A DNA stretch of 64,000 nucleotides from Heteronotia binoei (lineage: Eukaryota). The notes beneath the pieces were generated by a model that saw nothing but the letters and a program-made list of their open reading frames with translations, had not been told where the DNA came from and searched no databases. Positions 12,501 through 24,959 of this stretch are shown piece after piece. The translations under genes and the position numbers were made by a program. Location of the stretch: assembly GCF_032191835.1 (NCBI RefSeq), contig NC_083232.1:56110001-56174000 (forward strand). Reading direction: 5' to 3'. Each line of letters starts with the position of its first letter. Position 1 is the first letter of the stretch.

Positions 12501-15206
12501 TTTGGGTTTGTAATATAGTAATCTCCCTTATAATTGTCTTTTTCCCTGGTCTTTTTCTCAATTCACCTTCTTTTTTCTTTATCTCATATTGAATGTCCAA
12601 TCTCTTGGGGTTTTTTCGCTCTTTTATCCTCATTGTTTAATGTAATCAATATTTCTCTCATTACAGCTTTGTAAGCGTCTCATACCATCTGGAACTCTAT
12701 ATCATCTTTGTCATTTATTTTGAAAAAACCTTTAGTTTCATTTTCTAAAAATGTTACAATTTCTTTATCTTGTAGCAAATTTCATTTATTTTCCATCTAC
12801 TTGTTTTTCTTTGCAGTTTTGTAGCCCATAATATTGGATTATGATCCGCACTTATCTTTGGAAGAATCTCTACTTTTTTAGTTATGAGGCCCAAATCCTT
12901 AGTACCCTATAACATGTCAATTCTGGAAGAAGTATTGTGTCTTGCTGAAAAAAAAGTATAGTCTCTTACTTCAGGGTTAAATTTTCTCCAAATATCTTCC
13001 AAATGTTATTGTTTAACCAGTTCAAAAAACGATTTTGGCAATTTTCCTTCCTTGTTATTACTTTTTTGGCCAGATCTATCTATTTTATTCTGTATTGTTC
13101 CATTAAAATCTCCCATCATCAAGATCTGATCATAAGTCACTTCATCCAACTGTCTTATAATGTCTTTTAAAAAAACATCTTTTGCACCATTTGGTGCATA
13201 CAGTCCTAATAACAATGTTTTTTTCCCATTAATCATTATCTCTACTGCTATATATCTTCCGTCTTTATCTTTAAATACCAATTTTGGCTCTAATTGCTGA
13301 TTAATATAAAAAACCACGCCCCTTTTCTTTTGTTCAGCCAATGACAAAAATTCCAGTCCTAATTGTTTATTCCATAAAAATTTGTAATCTTTTGTTGTAT
13401 ATGAACTTCTTGTAAACAAATTATATTACAATTTTGTTTTTTAATCCAATGAAATGTTGCTTTTCTTTTTTGTGGTGAATTTAGTCCATTTACATTCCAA
13501 GATAATAATTTGTAATCCATCATGGTGCAAAGTCTTTGTTTTGTTCGTAAAAACTAGACAACTCATGTGCATTTGTGATTGTAATCCTCTTTCCATGTAG
13601 CTCAAAACTCAAGCCTTCAGGTATTATCCATCTATATCTTATTTCATTAGCACACAATTTCTCTGTCAGTTTCTTGTATGTTTTCCTATCATTTATCACT
13701 TGTCTTAGCAACTCTTTCATTATTCTGACTCTGCTCCCTCCTACAAATTCAAAATTTCCCCTGCCATGTCTTTTGTCATAAATTTTATATCTCTTGGAAA
13801 ATTTTTGTTCTTGGCATATGATGAGTTAACTCTGTACATGTTATCATACATATTTCTAGTCCCTTCAGGATCTTTCTCCAAAAAGTCAGCAATTATTTTC
13901 ACCATATATTCCTTTAAGTCAGTTCCCTCCCCTTCAGGTACTCCTCTCAGAAGAACTTGAGTTTCCATCATTCTGCAGTCATGTATTGTCACCTTCTTTT
14001 GCAGCTTCAGCAAGGTGGAATCATGTACTTTAACTTTCTCCTCTACATCCTGGACTTTTTTTGTGACTACCACCACGTCATTTTTAAAATCTTCCACTTC
14101 CTTTTTAAGATCTCCACTATCTTTTTAAAGTTCTTTTTTAAAGGCTGTTAACATCTTGTCAACTCCTTTCATTATTTAGCTTCCATCGCTTCTAGTTGGT
14201 CATGCATTTTTTCCAAAGAGAGAGCTCTTGCACGTGTTGTTTTTGACTCTGACATTAAAGAAAGCCTATGAAAATTTTAACGTCTCAAAATCAAAATAGC
14301 AGATTCAATAACTTAGAACTTGCCCTTTTAAATAAGCCTAATTTCGCCATTCTATGACCTTCCTGGGCTTAGATATTAATTTTTAAAAGTTTTATTTTTT
14401 TCAAAATGGTGATCGCAATTTCTCTATAGTAAAAAATCCTAGAGTAGGCCTTCTTGTTCATCTCTTTTATCTTATTACTTCCTGCTTTGCTAGGTAGCAG
14501 ATCCCATTCTCAATGGTATCCAAATCTCACAGTCTTTGTTAGTCTCACTTCCCTTGTTACTTCCTGCTTTGCTAGGCACCAAGTATCATCCTCAATGTTA
14601 TCCAAGTCTCATGATCTTTGACGTACTTCCTGTATTGATTGTAGAGAATGCAGAGCTGTGACACTGATGCTTTCATCGATGTCCACAGGTATTTCAAACA
14701 AATACTTCTTTCCCAATTTTTAGCATTGTCCTTATTTTAACAAAGTCCAAAGTTCAATCTTTCTTTTCTTTGTCTTCCCCTCTTTCTAGATCACTCCTTC
14801 CCACCTTCCAAAATTATTTAGTTTGCCTTTAAAAAGTCCCAGAGCGAAAGATTGTAATCAGTTACCTCTCCACTGATATCCAGCTTAGCTTCGGTCTCTT
14901 CAAATATCAGATGTTCATCAGTCCTAAAAGATCTTAGGATCTTGTCAAGCTTATGCCAATTGAATGGCTGTATAAGCCTCTGTAGATGATGAAAAACGCC
15001 ACTCTTCTCCAGGGGTCCCTCAAAGCCTGTAAGGAGCCCCCAACGGAGCTCCCTATCAGCCAAGGTTAACTGTGTTTCTGTGGGTATCCTGGACAAATCT
15101 CTAACTGAGAAATGTAGGCAGAAGGACAAAGAAACCTACCCTGAACAGAGGCTTAAGACTGTCCCCGTTCAGAGGACAGCTCAGCACGATTCCCAAACCA
15201 GAAGCC
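9561..15206 (-). mobile_element. Full-length (~5.65 kb) degenerate L1-clade LINE: 5'UTR ~14256-15206, ORF1 14255-13520, ORF2 13520-~9780
   Basis: ORF2 begins MDYKLLSWNVNGLNS (APE endonuclease; LLLGLYAPN, MGDFNG). RT motifs KAPGPDG, YRPISLLNNDYK, DAEKAFD, QGCPLSP, FADD; C-terminal RCWKC. AATAAA at 9578-9573. 20-bp TSD 9541-9560 vs 15207-15226 (17/20 identical). Frameshifts and stops present. Confidence 0.92.
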
Positions 15207-15455
15207 CTCCTCTACAAGAGTTTGAGGAACCATGCACAAACACTCCTTGGGTGTGATCTGTCAACCAATTAACAGTAATCAGATCCAAACCACATTTTAG
15301 CAATTTGTCAACAAAAATATCATGTAGAATCTTATCAAATGCCTTACTATAATCAAGATAAACTATGTCTACAGCATTCGCCTGATCCAGCAAGGTAGTA
15401 ATATATTAAAAAAAAGAGAGAGATAAGATTAGTCAGACATGACTTGTTATTTTAC
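15207..15455 (-). mobile_element. CR1 LINE, 5' continuation of the element at 8430-9560
   Basis: LDQANAVDIVYLDYSKAFDKILHDIFVDKL is CR1 RT and resumes at the L1 target site duplication. Confidence 0.85.
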
Positions 15456-16977
15456 ATTATTTTACATCACAATTTAATATATGTTTCGCTGAACAAACAC
15501 TGCACCGATGTACAATGTATGCTTGCTTGGGGTGGAAAAGATGGGAAGTCCTGGAACAGCAGCTGCTCCTAGGTACTGCACAACTGACAGCTTCTCAGCA
15601 TTCTGGCAGCACAGCAAAAGAGAAATAAATAATGGAAATTACTTGTGTGTATGGATATATAGATATATATAATTTCTATTTTTATTTCTGTCTCTGTCTT
15701 GACTCTAATTGGCCTTTCATGGTAACTAAACACCCCCTGCCCTCCCTTTTCCTATATTTAATGGTTGTGGAAATTCTGTTTCACTGTATCTGAAGAAGTG
15801 TGCTTGTTGGCCTTAATGATGCCACTGAATTCAAACTTAATAATGACACTGAATTCGAACTTTGTTCTACTGCTTCAGACTACATGGCTGCCCACTTAGA
15901 TCTATCTTGCTCCTTAAGGCTAATAAATAATAGGAAGTAGCCTAGTATAAGAAATGACACCTCAAAGACTCTATTGTCAGTCAAGAATACCTCTAAAGGG
16001 TCCCCTGCACCTGGCCAATGAGGAAGATTTCTGAAATACTCTGCCAGATGTATAGATACTGTGTCAGTGTAAACTGTCTTAATAAATTAGCTTCACAGTT
16101 AGTGAATTAGCTTCACTCTTAGTCAGCATGGATGAACAAAAGCGAGTTAACTTTTATTTACAACTCTAAACATCAGAGTGATCTATGTACACGGATACAA
16201 AGTTTCTAAATGTTTGAACACTTGATCCCTAAATCTCCTTATACTTTCAATCCTCTGTTACAAACTTCCAGTGTACAATTTACAAGTTTCCAAGTCAATC
16301 TCCTTCACTCCCAAACTCAAGTCTCTCAACTCCTTTTTAAATTCCTCAGTCCATAACTGCTAACTGCTAGCCTCCCATCAACATTCTGTCAGTTGTCATC
16401 GCTTGCAGTCTGAGGGAGGCGGATGAGACCTTTCCATCCCAGCAGCCAAGGAGAGAAAGTAGCAATGATGAGAAGACTGGTGGCAGGATTTGAAACATAC
16501 CACTCCGTACCAATGGCTCATGGGCCCAGCAGTGCCATGCTTCTGATACCAGTTGGAAAGGGTCTCTTTTATTTTATTTTTTATTTTAAAAAAATACTTA
16601 AAGCTTCTAACTACTTAGCTTTAGGAAAACTTTTAATAGCTTAGAAAAGAAATATTTCATACTAATACAACATGAAAACACTCTAGGGCTGCCAGCTCTG
16701 GGTTGGGAAATACCTGGAGGTTTTGTGGGTACACTGTGGAAAAGGCAGGATTTGGGGAGAGGAGGGACTTCAGTAGAGTACAACACCACAAGAGTCCACC
16801 CTCCAAAGCAACTGTTTTCTCCAGGGTAACTGATCTTGGTCATTTGGAGGTCAGTTGTAGCAGCAGGAGATCTCCAGGTACCACCTGGAGGCTGGCAGAC
16901 CTGCTTATATAGCTTTTAGATTACAAATGTATGAGCAAGTCCCCTGCTTTATTTTAATCTCTGTACACCACCTAGAA

Positions 16978-18407
16978 CAGGGGTGTCAAAGTCATTTGTT
17001 ACGAGGGCAGAATCTGACATAAATGAGACCTCGTTGGGCCGAGCCAGGCCATGTGTGTACGAATTTATAATTAGGTAGCAGAGATATAAACTTTATAAAG
17101 GACACAAACAAACACAAATATTTTTTTTAAACCCTCAAAACATCCTTAAAACATTAGCATTCGGTCTTAAAGGTGCTTTCTTTGTATTTCTCCTATGGGG
17201 CCCAGGGAACTGGGCAAAGGAAGCTCTGTTTCTTTCCTTCCTTCCCCAGGGGACCAGTAGGGGGAAGAGCCTTAGTCAATAGAAGGAAGAGAGGCTTGGC
17301 TCAGTAGCTCTGCTGTGCAATTGAGACAGCCTGGCAAAGCAAGCTCTCCCTCCCCCACTTCCTCCCCAAGGGAGGAGCCTCAGCCAATTGAGAAAATAGA
17401 GGCTTTGCTATGTAGCTACTGTATCATTGAACAAACCTGTTGTGGAGAAACTCCATCTTAGTTAATGGTGGTGCTTGGTTGGGAGGGAACATGAAACTGC
17501 TAAGGCAGGCTTTGTGGCCTAGCATTCCCCTCATTCTCTCCTCCCTTCCGGAGTTAAACCATCACCTCTAGAGGGAAAGCCTCCTAGAGGGGCAGGAAGT
17601 TCTTTTTTTTATTGGAGTGAGGTGGGAAAAGTTGAGTTCTCGGCTGGCCCTCAAGGAGAGAGGTTGTCAGTCTGTGGGCTCCTGACTGTGGGAGAGGCCT
17701 TCTCAAGAGGGAGAGGAGGAGTGGACTCCAGGCAGTCAGACCGAGGAAGTCATCCACAAGGCAGGGCAAGTTTAGACCAGGGACGGGAGGATGCATTTAA
17801 ATCCACCTTTTGTCCTTCTGGTTGCTGTTCAGGTGCTGTGCTAAACTTTTACATGCAACTGCTTTTGTTTTTTTTCCTTTTCTTTTTCTTTTCTAATTAA
17901 ATATTTTTACTGTTTTGAATGCTGGCAGTCAAACTTTGTACCACATAGATCCCCAACCGCTTTAGACCACGCTGCTTTATGAATGGGGCCTCGGGGAAAG
18001 GGAAAAGGCCTGTAGTTGGATAAGGTGCCAATCCTCCAGGGGCTCCTCGAAGAAGTGCTGTGGTCTCTGTGATACCCAAGTACAGGGTGGCAGAGGACCT
18101 TGAGGCCTGGCCTCAGAGCTGGAGAGGGGGATTGGGAGTCCTGTTCCTCTCAATCTGAACCCCTAGACTGAGCAGGTGGTGGCAGTGATCCCAAGTGGCT
18201 GGAGGAGAAATAGCTCCCTCCAAAAAGGGGAACGGGGTCTGGTAGGCAAACCAGGGCCGTTCCGTCACACCTGTCAAAGCAAACTGTGATGCAGAAGGAA
18301 GCAAGAGAGAGCGAGAAGGAAGCAGATGACAACCAGTTGCTTGGGGGCCTGATAGGAGCCCTCCAGGATCCTGGTTTGGGCCCAGGGCCACATATTTGAC
18401 ACCCCTG
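16978..18407. mobile_element. hAT-superfamily non-autonomous DNA transposon (MITE) carrying a solo LTR
   Basis: TIR caggggtgtcaaa / tttgacacccctg; perfect 8-bp TSD acctagaa (16970-16977, 18408-18415). Confidence 0.9.
17441..18269. mobile_element. Solo LTR (829 bp)
   Basis: TGTG...CACA termini and a 5-bp TSD cctgt (17436-17440, 18270-18274). Absent from the sister MITE at 32420-32929. Confidence 0.75.
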
Positions 18408-18914
18408 ACCTAGAATTTTTAGATACTTCATAAATAATAATGATATATCAGGCAAAACCCTGCAAGTCTATCTTCTTCAGGGTATTAGATTATCATGCCA
18501 GGCACCAGGATTCCTGGAAGAGTTTTAATGGAAGGGGGCAGATAAAGGGAGGCAGAATGTGATGGATGTTCAGATATTAAGATTGACCTAATGAATATTG
18601 TCTTCTTTTCTAGTGTACTTTAATGAGTGCTTTTTAAATAAGCAGTTAATAAAACTAGAAGCTATCATATTCATCATGTGCATCACTCTGTTCAATCTAA
18701 CAAGGTAAGGGAACCAAGAAAAAGGGATATGCCTCATGCTGATAGTTCTTAGAACAAAAAACCATAAGAATCACACACTTTTAAACTTTATTTTTTAAGT
18801 TTTCAGCAATTATACAAATGAATGTAACATAACAATTATATGAATAACACGTATTGCATGGCTGTGAGCAGTAAAGAACTACCAGGTAAGCATGAATAAA
18901 AAGGTAAAGATAAT

Positions 18915-19045
18915 ACCCTGTGAAAGCGCCAGCCATTTCCGGCTCTGGGGTGACGTTGCTTTCACAACAACGTGGCAGACTTTTTACAGGATGGATTGCT
19001 ATTGCCTTCCCCATTTACACTTTACCCCCAGCAAGCTGGAGTTAA
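18915..19045 (-). mobile_element. Sauria-type SINE fragment
   Basis: Reverse complement of ggggaaggcaat...aaaaagtctgcc...gtcaccccagag. Confidence 0.7.
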
Positions 19046-20399
19046 AAAACACTTATAACTAACTGTTGGCTAGTGTGGTTGTACAAATCTTGGTGTCTGG
19101 ATTTATTAACCAAATCAGCCTATAGGATTCAAGAATTATTGTGTCTTTTTTTTTTAGGGACAACGATAGCATTCATTTCATACCAAGTTTGTGAGATGCT
19201 ATCTTGAAATAATGCATAATTACAGGTAGCAGTAAGGGGTAGGCTTGCCAGGTTCAACTCAGGAAATATCTGGAGACTTCAGGTGTGGAGACAGGAGCAA
19301 GGTTGTGACAAGCACGACTGAACTCCAAAGGGAGTTCTGACCATCACATTGAAAAGAAGTTCTGGCTCTTTTTAAATGCCTTTCCTCCTTTGGAAATCAT
19401 GGAGAATTGAGGCACCTTCTTTTGGGTCCAATCTTTTTAAACTTGGGGGGTTTATTGAGGAGAGGTACCAGATGGTATGAGGAAAATCTGGTGCCTCTGA
19501 CTCAAAAAGCAGCTCACCAGAGGCTCAAATATTCACAGATTGATTCGCCAAGATTATTTGTTGCTGTATGATAAGTACTTTTGTTTCTGTACAATAAGTA
19601 CTTTTGTATGAGATAATTGAATGTTGGAAATATTCTAAGTATTTTTACTGAACCTGTTGTGTTCTACCTTTATGAGTATGTGTTTTGGAGGTTGGTTGTC
19701 ACAGAAACTATTGTTTTGATCCTTCCAATTCCCAGTTGGGGGCAGGGGATCCCCTGGTTTGGAGGCTCTCCCCCACTTCAGGGTTAGCAGAAAGCAGGGA
19801 GGGAATGTCTGCTGGGCATACCCATTTTACCAGTCCCCACAGAGTCTAATGGAGCCATATCCAAGAGCGGTAAGATGACATTTCCTTTATAATTATGCAT
19901 ATGGAGTTGATGTGTGGTTTATGTTTCATAGCTTATTATATAGCCTTGATTTGAACTTTTCAGTTCACTGATGAAGGTGACCGGAATGAGACCTGTACTG
20001 GATTTTTCTTTGAATTTGGGATTGTGAATTTCGGAATGAACACTGGATTCTTCTATGCCTAGGATGGTACTTTGTGAACTGAGGATTGCATATTTAGGGA
20101 TGAACTTTGTACTCTTCTATGCCTGGATTATTCTTTGATAATTACATCTACTTGATCACGGGAAGAATATTGTGTATTAGCCGTAGATTAAGGAGAACAT
20201 GTTGCTGGTGGACATGAGCACAGAATGAAGTTCCGGAGTCCTAAAGTGGTTAAAATGGACTGCACCACTTCAGACTGCAAGAGGATGGAATCCCCTTTCA
20301 ATATTCTTTGCAATTTTAAAAAACTGTCTGCACATTCAAAGCCAGTATAGCAAGGAGAAAGCTTCTAACTCTTCCCCTTTGCTTACTGTGCTGGCTTCC

Positions 20400-21850
20400 T
20401 ACTTGCAGGGCGTTTTTAACAATGAGAAGAGTATTCCAAAAAGGCGAATCCCCCCCCCCCTGCAATCTGAAGTGGCGCAGCCCACTGTACGACCTCATTT
20501 CTCTTCGCACGTATGCATCAGATATAAACTTTGGGCAACAGCCTGGGATGACAACGTTGGAGCTGCTGCGGGTATCTTCGGCAGTGGGTGCAGCTGGTGG
20601 CTGCTTGGTCAGACCTTTTATCACGTTTTCATCTTGGCCCAAAGCCGTCAAAACGTATGGACTCCACCTCTGACACAGCCAGGGCCTCGCAGTTCCGCTC
20701 TACCGAGCTCAAGATGCGCCGCCTCTCTTCCCTCTCGCTCCCCAGCCCCGTCTGCTACTCTCGCCCCTCTAGTGCCAGCTGCCTCTCCTCCCCCGCCAGC
20801 CACGCAACGCTCAGCTCTAGCAACCCTCTCGCCTCTTCGCTTCCTTGGAGTAACACATCCAACCGCGGCAGCCGATGGTGGAGCTGCAAGCAAACTCCTG
20901 TTGGGGAGGCCCAGGCTCAGCCCGCCTCGCGGCTCTTCGTCTACCTAAGTCCCAAAGCCGGCGCAGCAGCGACAGCGAGGAGGAGCACCAGCTCCGGCAG
21001 GCCCTTCCAAGGCGCCCAGAGAGGAGGGACGCGGCTCTGCCATGCTGAGTCCGGCACTGACAGCCTCACGTGCAGGCAACCGGGAGGAAAGGCGCGCACA
21101 ACGCACGGCAGAAAATGCCGCTGCTCTTCTGACAAGGCCTTCTTGCCCAGGGTCGCTCCTGCTGAGACTCCGCCAGCCGCATCCGGGAGAAAGCTGGGTC
21201 CTGCCTAGCTGGAAAGAGCCACCTGCGTGAAGAAGAGTGAGGGCCGGAAATCCCACGCACTTTTGCCGCTTGGCTTTTGTGCAGGACCGGGCTGAGGCAC
21301 ATCAGCGCAAAGTGTGCCGCCCACCTCAGGCGCTGCCACCGGGAACCGCAGCGGGGAGGAGATGCCCCAGCCCGCCTGCTCGGGGTTGGAGGAATTGTAT
21401 GCAGCCGCGAGGCAACGGAAGAAGAGCGGCTGGGAATGGGTGCCGCCTCTAAAGAAAGCAGCCGGTACTCGTTAAAAGGCGAGGGACTTTGAGCGGACTT
21501 AAAAGAGAGAGAGAGGCATGTAGTTTGGCCCATTGTGTTTTTCCTGTGACTCTCAGTGGCTGTTGCAACGGAAGGGGAACCAATCGCTACAGAATGAGTG
21601 CGGCCCACTGAACGTTGGGAAATGTCGCCGATCCTCCTGGCTATTCAGAAGCAGCCAATGCATTCCAGTGGCTATTGGATGCCATCCTTTTAAACATGAC
21701 CCACGGCAAAGGTGCGCAGAAAGGCGGGGTTTAACTTTCCTGCATGTCAACTGAATGTACATTACAGGAAGCCGGTGGGAAGCTAAACTTGCTGCTGGCA
21801 TGCAACGCCATCTTGAATCTGTAAACTATGAAGTGCCCGGACTCAGCAAT
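20400..21850. promoter_or_regulatory. CpG island with promoter-like motif cluster, not attached to an intact gene
   Basis: High CpG density. CCAAT at 21580 and 21655, ATTGG at 21674, GGCGGG at 21723, CGCCATCTT (YY1-type) at 21806. Confidence 0.75.
20577..20948 (+). pseudogene. NFE2L3: Possible relic of NFE2L3 exon 1
   Basis: One open frame without any ATG carries WWLLGQTFYHVFIL (20595), GPRSSAL, PAASPP and RFLGV (20838), collinear with human WWSAGGGLLHLTLL, GPASSAY, PAAPP and RALGV. It lies in a CpG island upstream of the exon-4 relic. GC-rich sequence inflates chance P/A/S matches. Confidence 0.4.
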
Positions 21851-24517
21851 TACATCCTGTGATTTTCAAATTCCATATATACGTAGACTGGTAGTTTACT
21901 TAAGGAGTTCAGAGCAGCATTCTTCTTCGTTTCACATTATTTAGGTGCGACCCTTAGCTCCCCCCAAAAATTATTTGACATCCCTTTATTATGTGTGTGT
22001 TGTATGGAAACTTAATAAAACCTTGAGCATTAAACAGACTTGTCTCCAAGCCCAGTTATGGGGCTGAGAGGGAAGGAGCTTAGTCTGATCCATTAGGTTC
22101 CTGCAACATTCCTTACACATCCTTTGCCCCTTCCCACTCCTCCCCTCTGTTACTTTGCAGGATGCATGGGACCAAATTTGTGTTTTCAGTCCAATCCTAT
22201 GTATGTTTATTCCAAGTTGCTCCCAAATAAAATTGTTTTTGGCTGTGGCAATTCCATAGGTATTTGACAACTTACAAACCTAGGGTTAGTGGTTTATGGA
22301 ATTCTGTGAGGCCAGAATGTGGTACAGTCCTGTATATTTGGGGCAGTGTTCCCTCTAAGCTGAGTTAATGTGAGCTAGCTCATGGGTTTTTTAGCTTCCA
22401 GCTCACACGTTTTTGTCTTAGCTCAGGATTAATTTATTTTACTAATTTATGCAGTAGCTCACAGCTTTAATGCCAGTTACTCACAGAGCAGAGTTTTTGC
22501 TCATAAGACTCCACAGCTTAGAGGGAGTATTGATTTGGGGATATTTCACTAATGTGCAGTGTATGGTATAGATGCCAAGCCAATTTTGGACTCCTAGGAA
22601 AAAGCAGGATTCACCTCTCAGATGGAAAGGTCACACTCATACATGCCTTCCTTATCTGGAAAATCAGGAGATATAAGAGAGGGTGATTTTTAAATCTGCA
22701 TGATTTTCTCGAGAAAAAATTTGTTCCCTCCATTTCTATATCTAAAAAATGTCATTCAGCTTTTGTTTTTGTTAAAACATCACTGCAGGTTTCACCTTTA
22801 TATTCTAAAAATTCTGTACAGTTTTCCAAAACCATTAGTGCTGGTTCTGCCTCTTAGTGAGATCTACAGGAATTCTGTGCTGACTGTGATGTGGTTTTAA
22901 GCTTTAATATCCTTTTGATTAAAGAGAACACACTGTATTATAGATTGCCAGCTCAGAGCTGCAACATAGTTAAATTAGGCTACTGCAGAGCCATATTAAG
23001 AATATATATACTTCAGTCATTCCAAAAGATTATCAGGCTTCTGTATGGGAGAGAATTTTCTTTCCCTCCCTCCCTCTAACCTTATGTGTTGGATTATTTA
23101 GATGAATAGTTATATTCCGCCTATACGGAGGTTGAACAGCACCTTAAATTGTATTTTTAAATTGTTATTTTATCATTTTAAATTACAATTGTAAATGTTT
23201 TGAACTGATTTATTTTATTTTAATCTTATACCCTGCCCTGAGTCGCTTTAAGAGAGGGCAGGGTATAAGATTAAAGCGATTTATGAAAGCTCATACCCTG
23301 TCACAGATTTTGTTAAGTCTTTAAGATGCTACTGGACACTTTTCTGGTGTATATTAGTGTGTAATCAATATTGTCCAGTACCAACACAAAGTTGTTGCAG
23401 TAAATTTCAGTGCATTTACAGAATGAATCTCACACAGAGATAACCTTTATGGGCAATTAACAGCATTATTCATGTTTGTTTGATAGATATTTGCCTCAAA
23501 AGCATACTTATTTTGCTGCTGTTTAATTCTTTCCACAGCTGATGTTTAATAACGTGTAGGATACTGTCCTGTATTTTGTGCTTGTATGCTTATAAATCCT
23601 ACAGATTTCTGAAGTTTTCAACCCAGTTGGTCAGATGTATGCTTGCTCAGAGTGAAGTCCCATTTTGTTCAATGGAACTTACTCCCAAGTAAGTATGCAT
23701 AGCACTGCAGCCTTGAACAAAGATACAGAACTTCATGAAAAGCAACCAGGGTTGTCAACAGGCTTTAACAGAAATGTCATGTCATTTAATACAGGTTTAA
23801 GATTAGGAAATGGGCAGTAGAAGTTTTTCATAGCATGGTGGTAAATAACACCACTCAGCAAAAAGCATCCCTATTCAGTCTCTATTAAAAGGACAGAGCA
23901 TTTCTGTTGTTAACCCTAAAAGCAACCATGCATAGTTTAAACGGTACATATTTAAAACTACTCAATCCATCACACGTGTCATGTAATGAATACATACGTA
24001 TTGTTATCAAATGTGCTTCCTTTCACGTGTATCCTTAGACATGTACATACTCTCTAACTTGGGTTCAGGACACTCAACTGGCCAGACCCACAACCAATTT
24101 GGGGGGATTGAGCTCAGTGTCAGGAAGAAACCTCTTGTTTCCAGAGCTGAATTAGCTTGGGAAACTGACACACTTGCCAATTAGGGAGAGCAGCAGAGCA
24201 ATGATTTAGGGATCATTACCTGGTCTTTTTCAAAGCAAGTTTTGGAATTTATTGAAAGAAATATCGGAGTACATGAATGGAAAAGGTGAACAGAACTGTG
24301 AAATCGTTGTGTACAGGAGGATGTAAACATGAAGAATTAAAGAGAGAAGAAAAAGTGAAAGAGAGCCAGGCCTCTGGCTGACTGAAAAATCTGCACCGGG
24401 AGGACTGAGAAACATGGGGTTTTTTAAAAAAGGAGAGTTTTTAAGAGAAAACAAAAGAACAGAAAAGTTTACCTATCCTCAGTCTGCTGAGCTGGGTAGA
24501 TTATGTTGTCTGTTCAG

Positions 24518-24587
24518 ATGATCCAGAGATTCAGTGTAGAGGACCTTTAGGAAGAGCTTCCAGAAGTCCCAAGGAAATAATGAGAAG
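24518..24587 (+). pseudogene. NFE2L3: Possible relic of NFE2L3 exon 3
   Basis: Bounded by ttcag| and |gtaagg. Reads MIQRFSVEDL*EELPEVPRK**E; FSVEDL resembles FSLEDL, with the same 19-residue distance to the exon-terminal E. Confidence 0.35.
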
Positions 24588-24959
24588 GTAAGGCAGCAGA
24601 GAAACATGCTTGTGCAGCAAAGAAATGTCCCAAAGCCCCAGAGTTATCCTGTGTGCCAGTGGTAGAAACTAGACAGCATAGTTTTGGCTAGCAAAGCAGT
24701 GATAGTTACAGGAGTTAGCACAAAAGAATGTCAAATAAATAATTGTAAAGTCCAGGCATTCAAGGTGAGTTAAGGATGAGAATCTGTGGATTTCCTGACT
24801 GAGGAGGAGGGCCTTCCCACAAAGGTAACAAGGGGCGATTACATCTTTGCAGAGTGGACAAAAGAGCTGGTGAAGTGGGAAGAGGCATTCAGGCAAGCTC
24901 AGTAAAAAGTAATCAAGTCCACCTGGCTGTTTGATAGTAATTAAATTCCATACTTGAGA

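Noticed and set aside
20588-21208. 206-aa ORF and other overlapping ORFs in the 20.4-21.8 kb island as a novel protein-coding gene
   Set aside because: Low-complexity S/P/A/R products open in several frames, as expected for GC-rich DNA. No domain or clear exon structure.
24245-24470. Purine-rich stretch as an NFE2L3 exon-2 relic
   Set aside because: Only compositional (E/K-rich) similarity, with no specific motif match.
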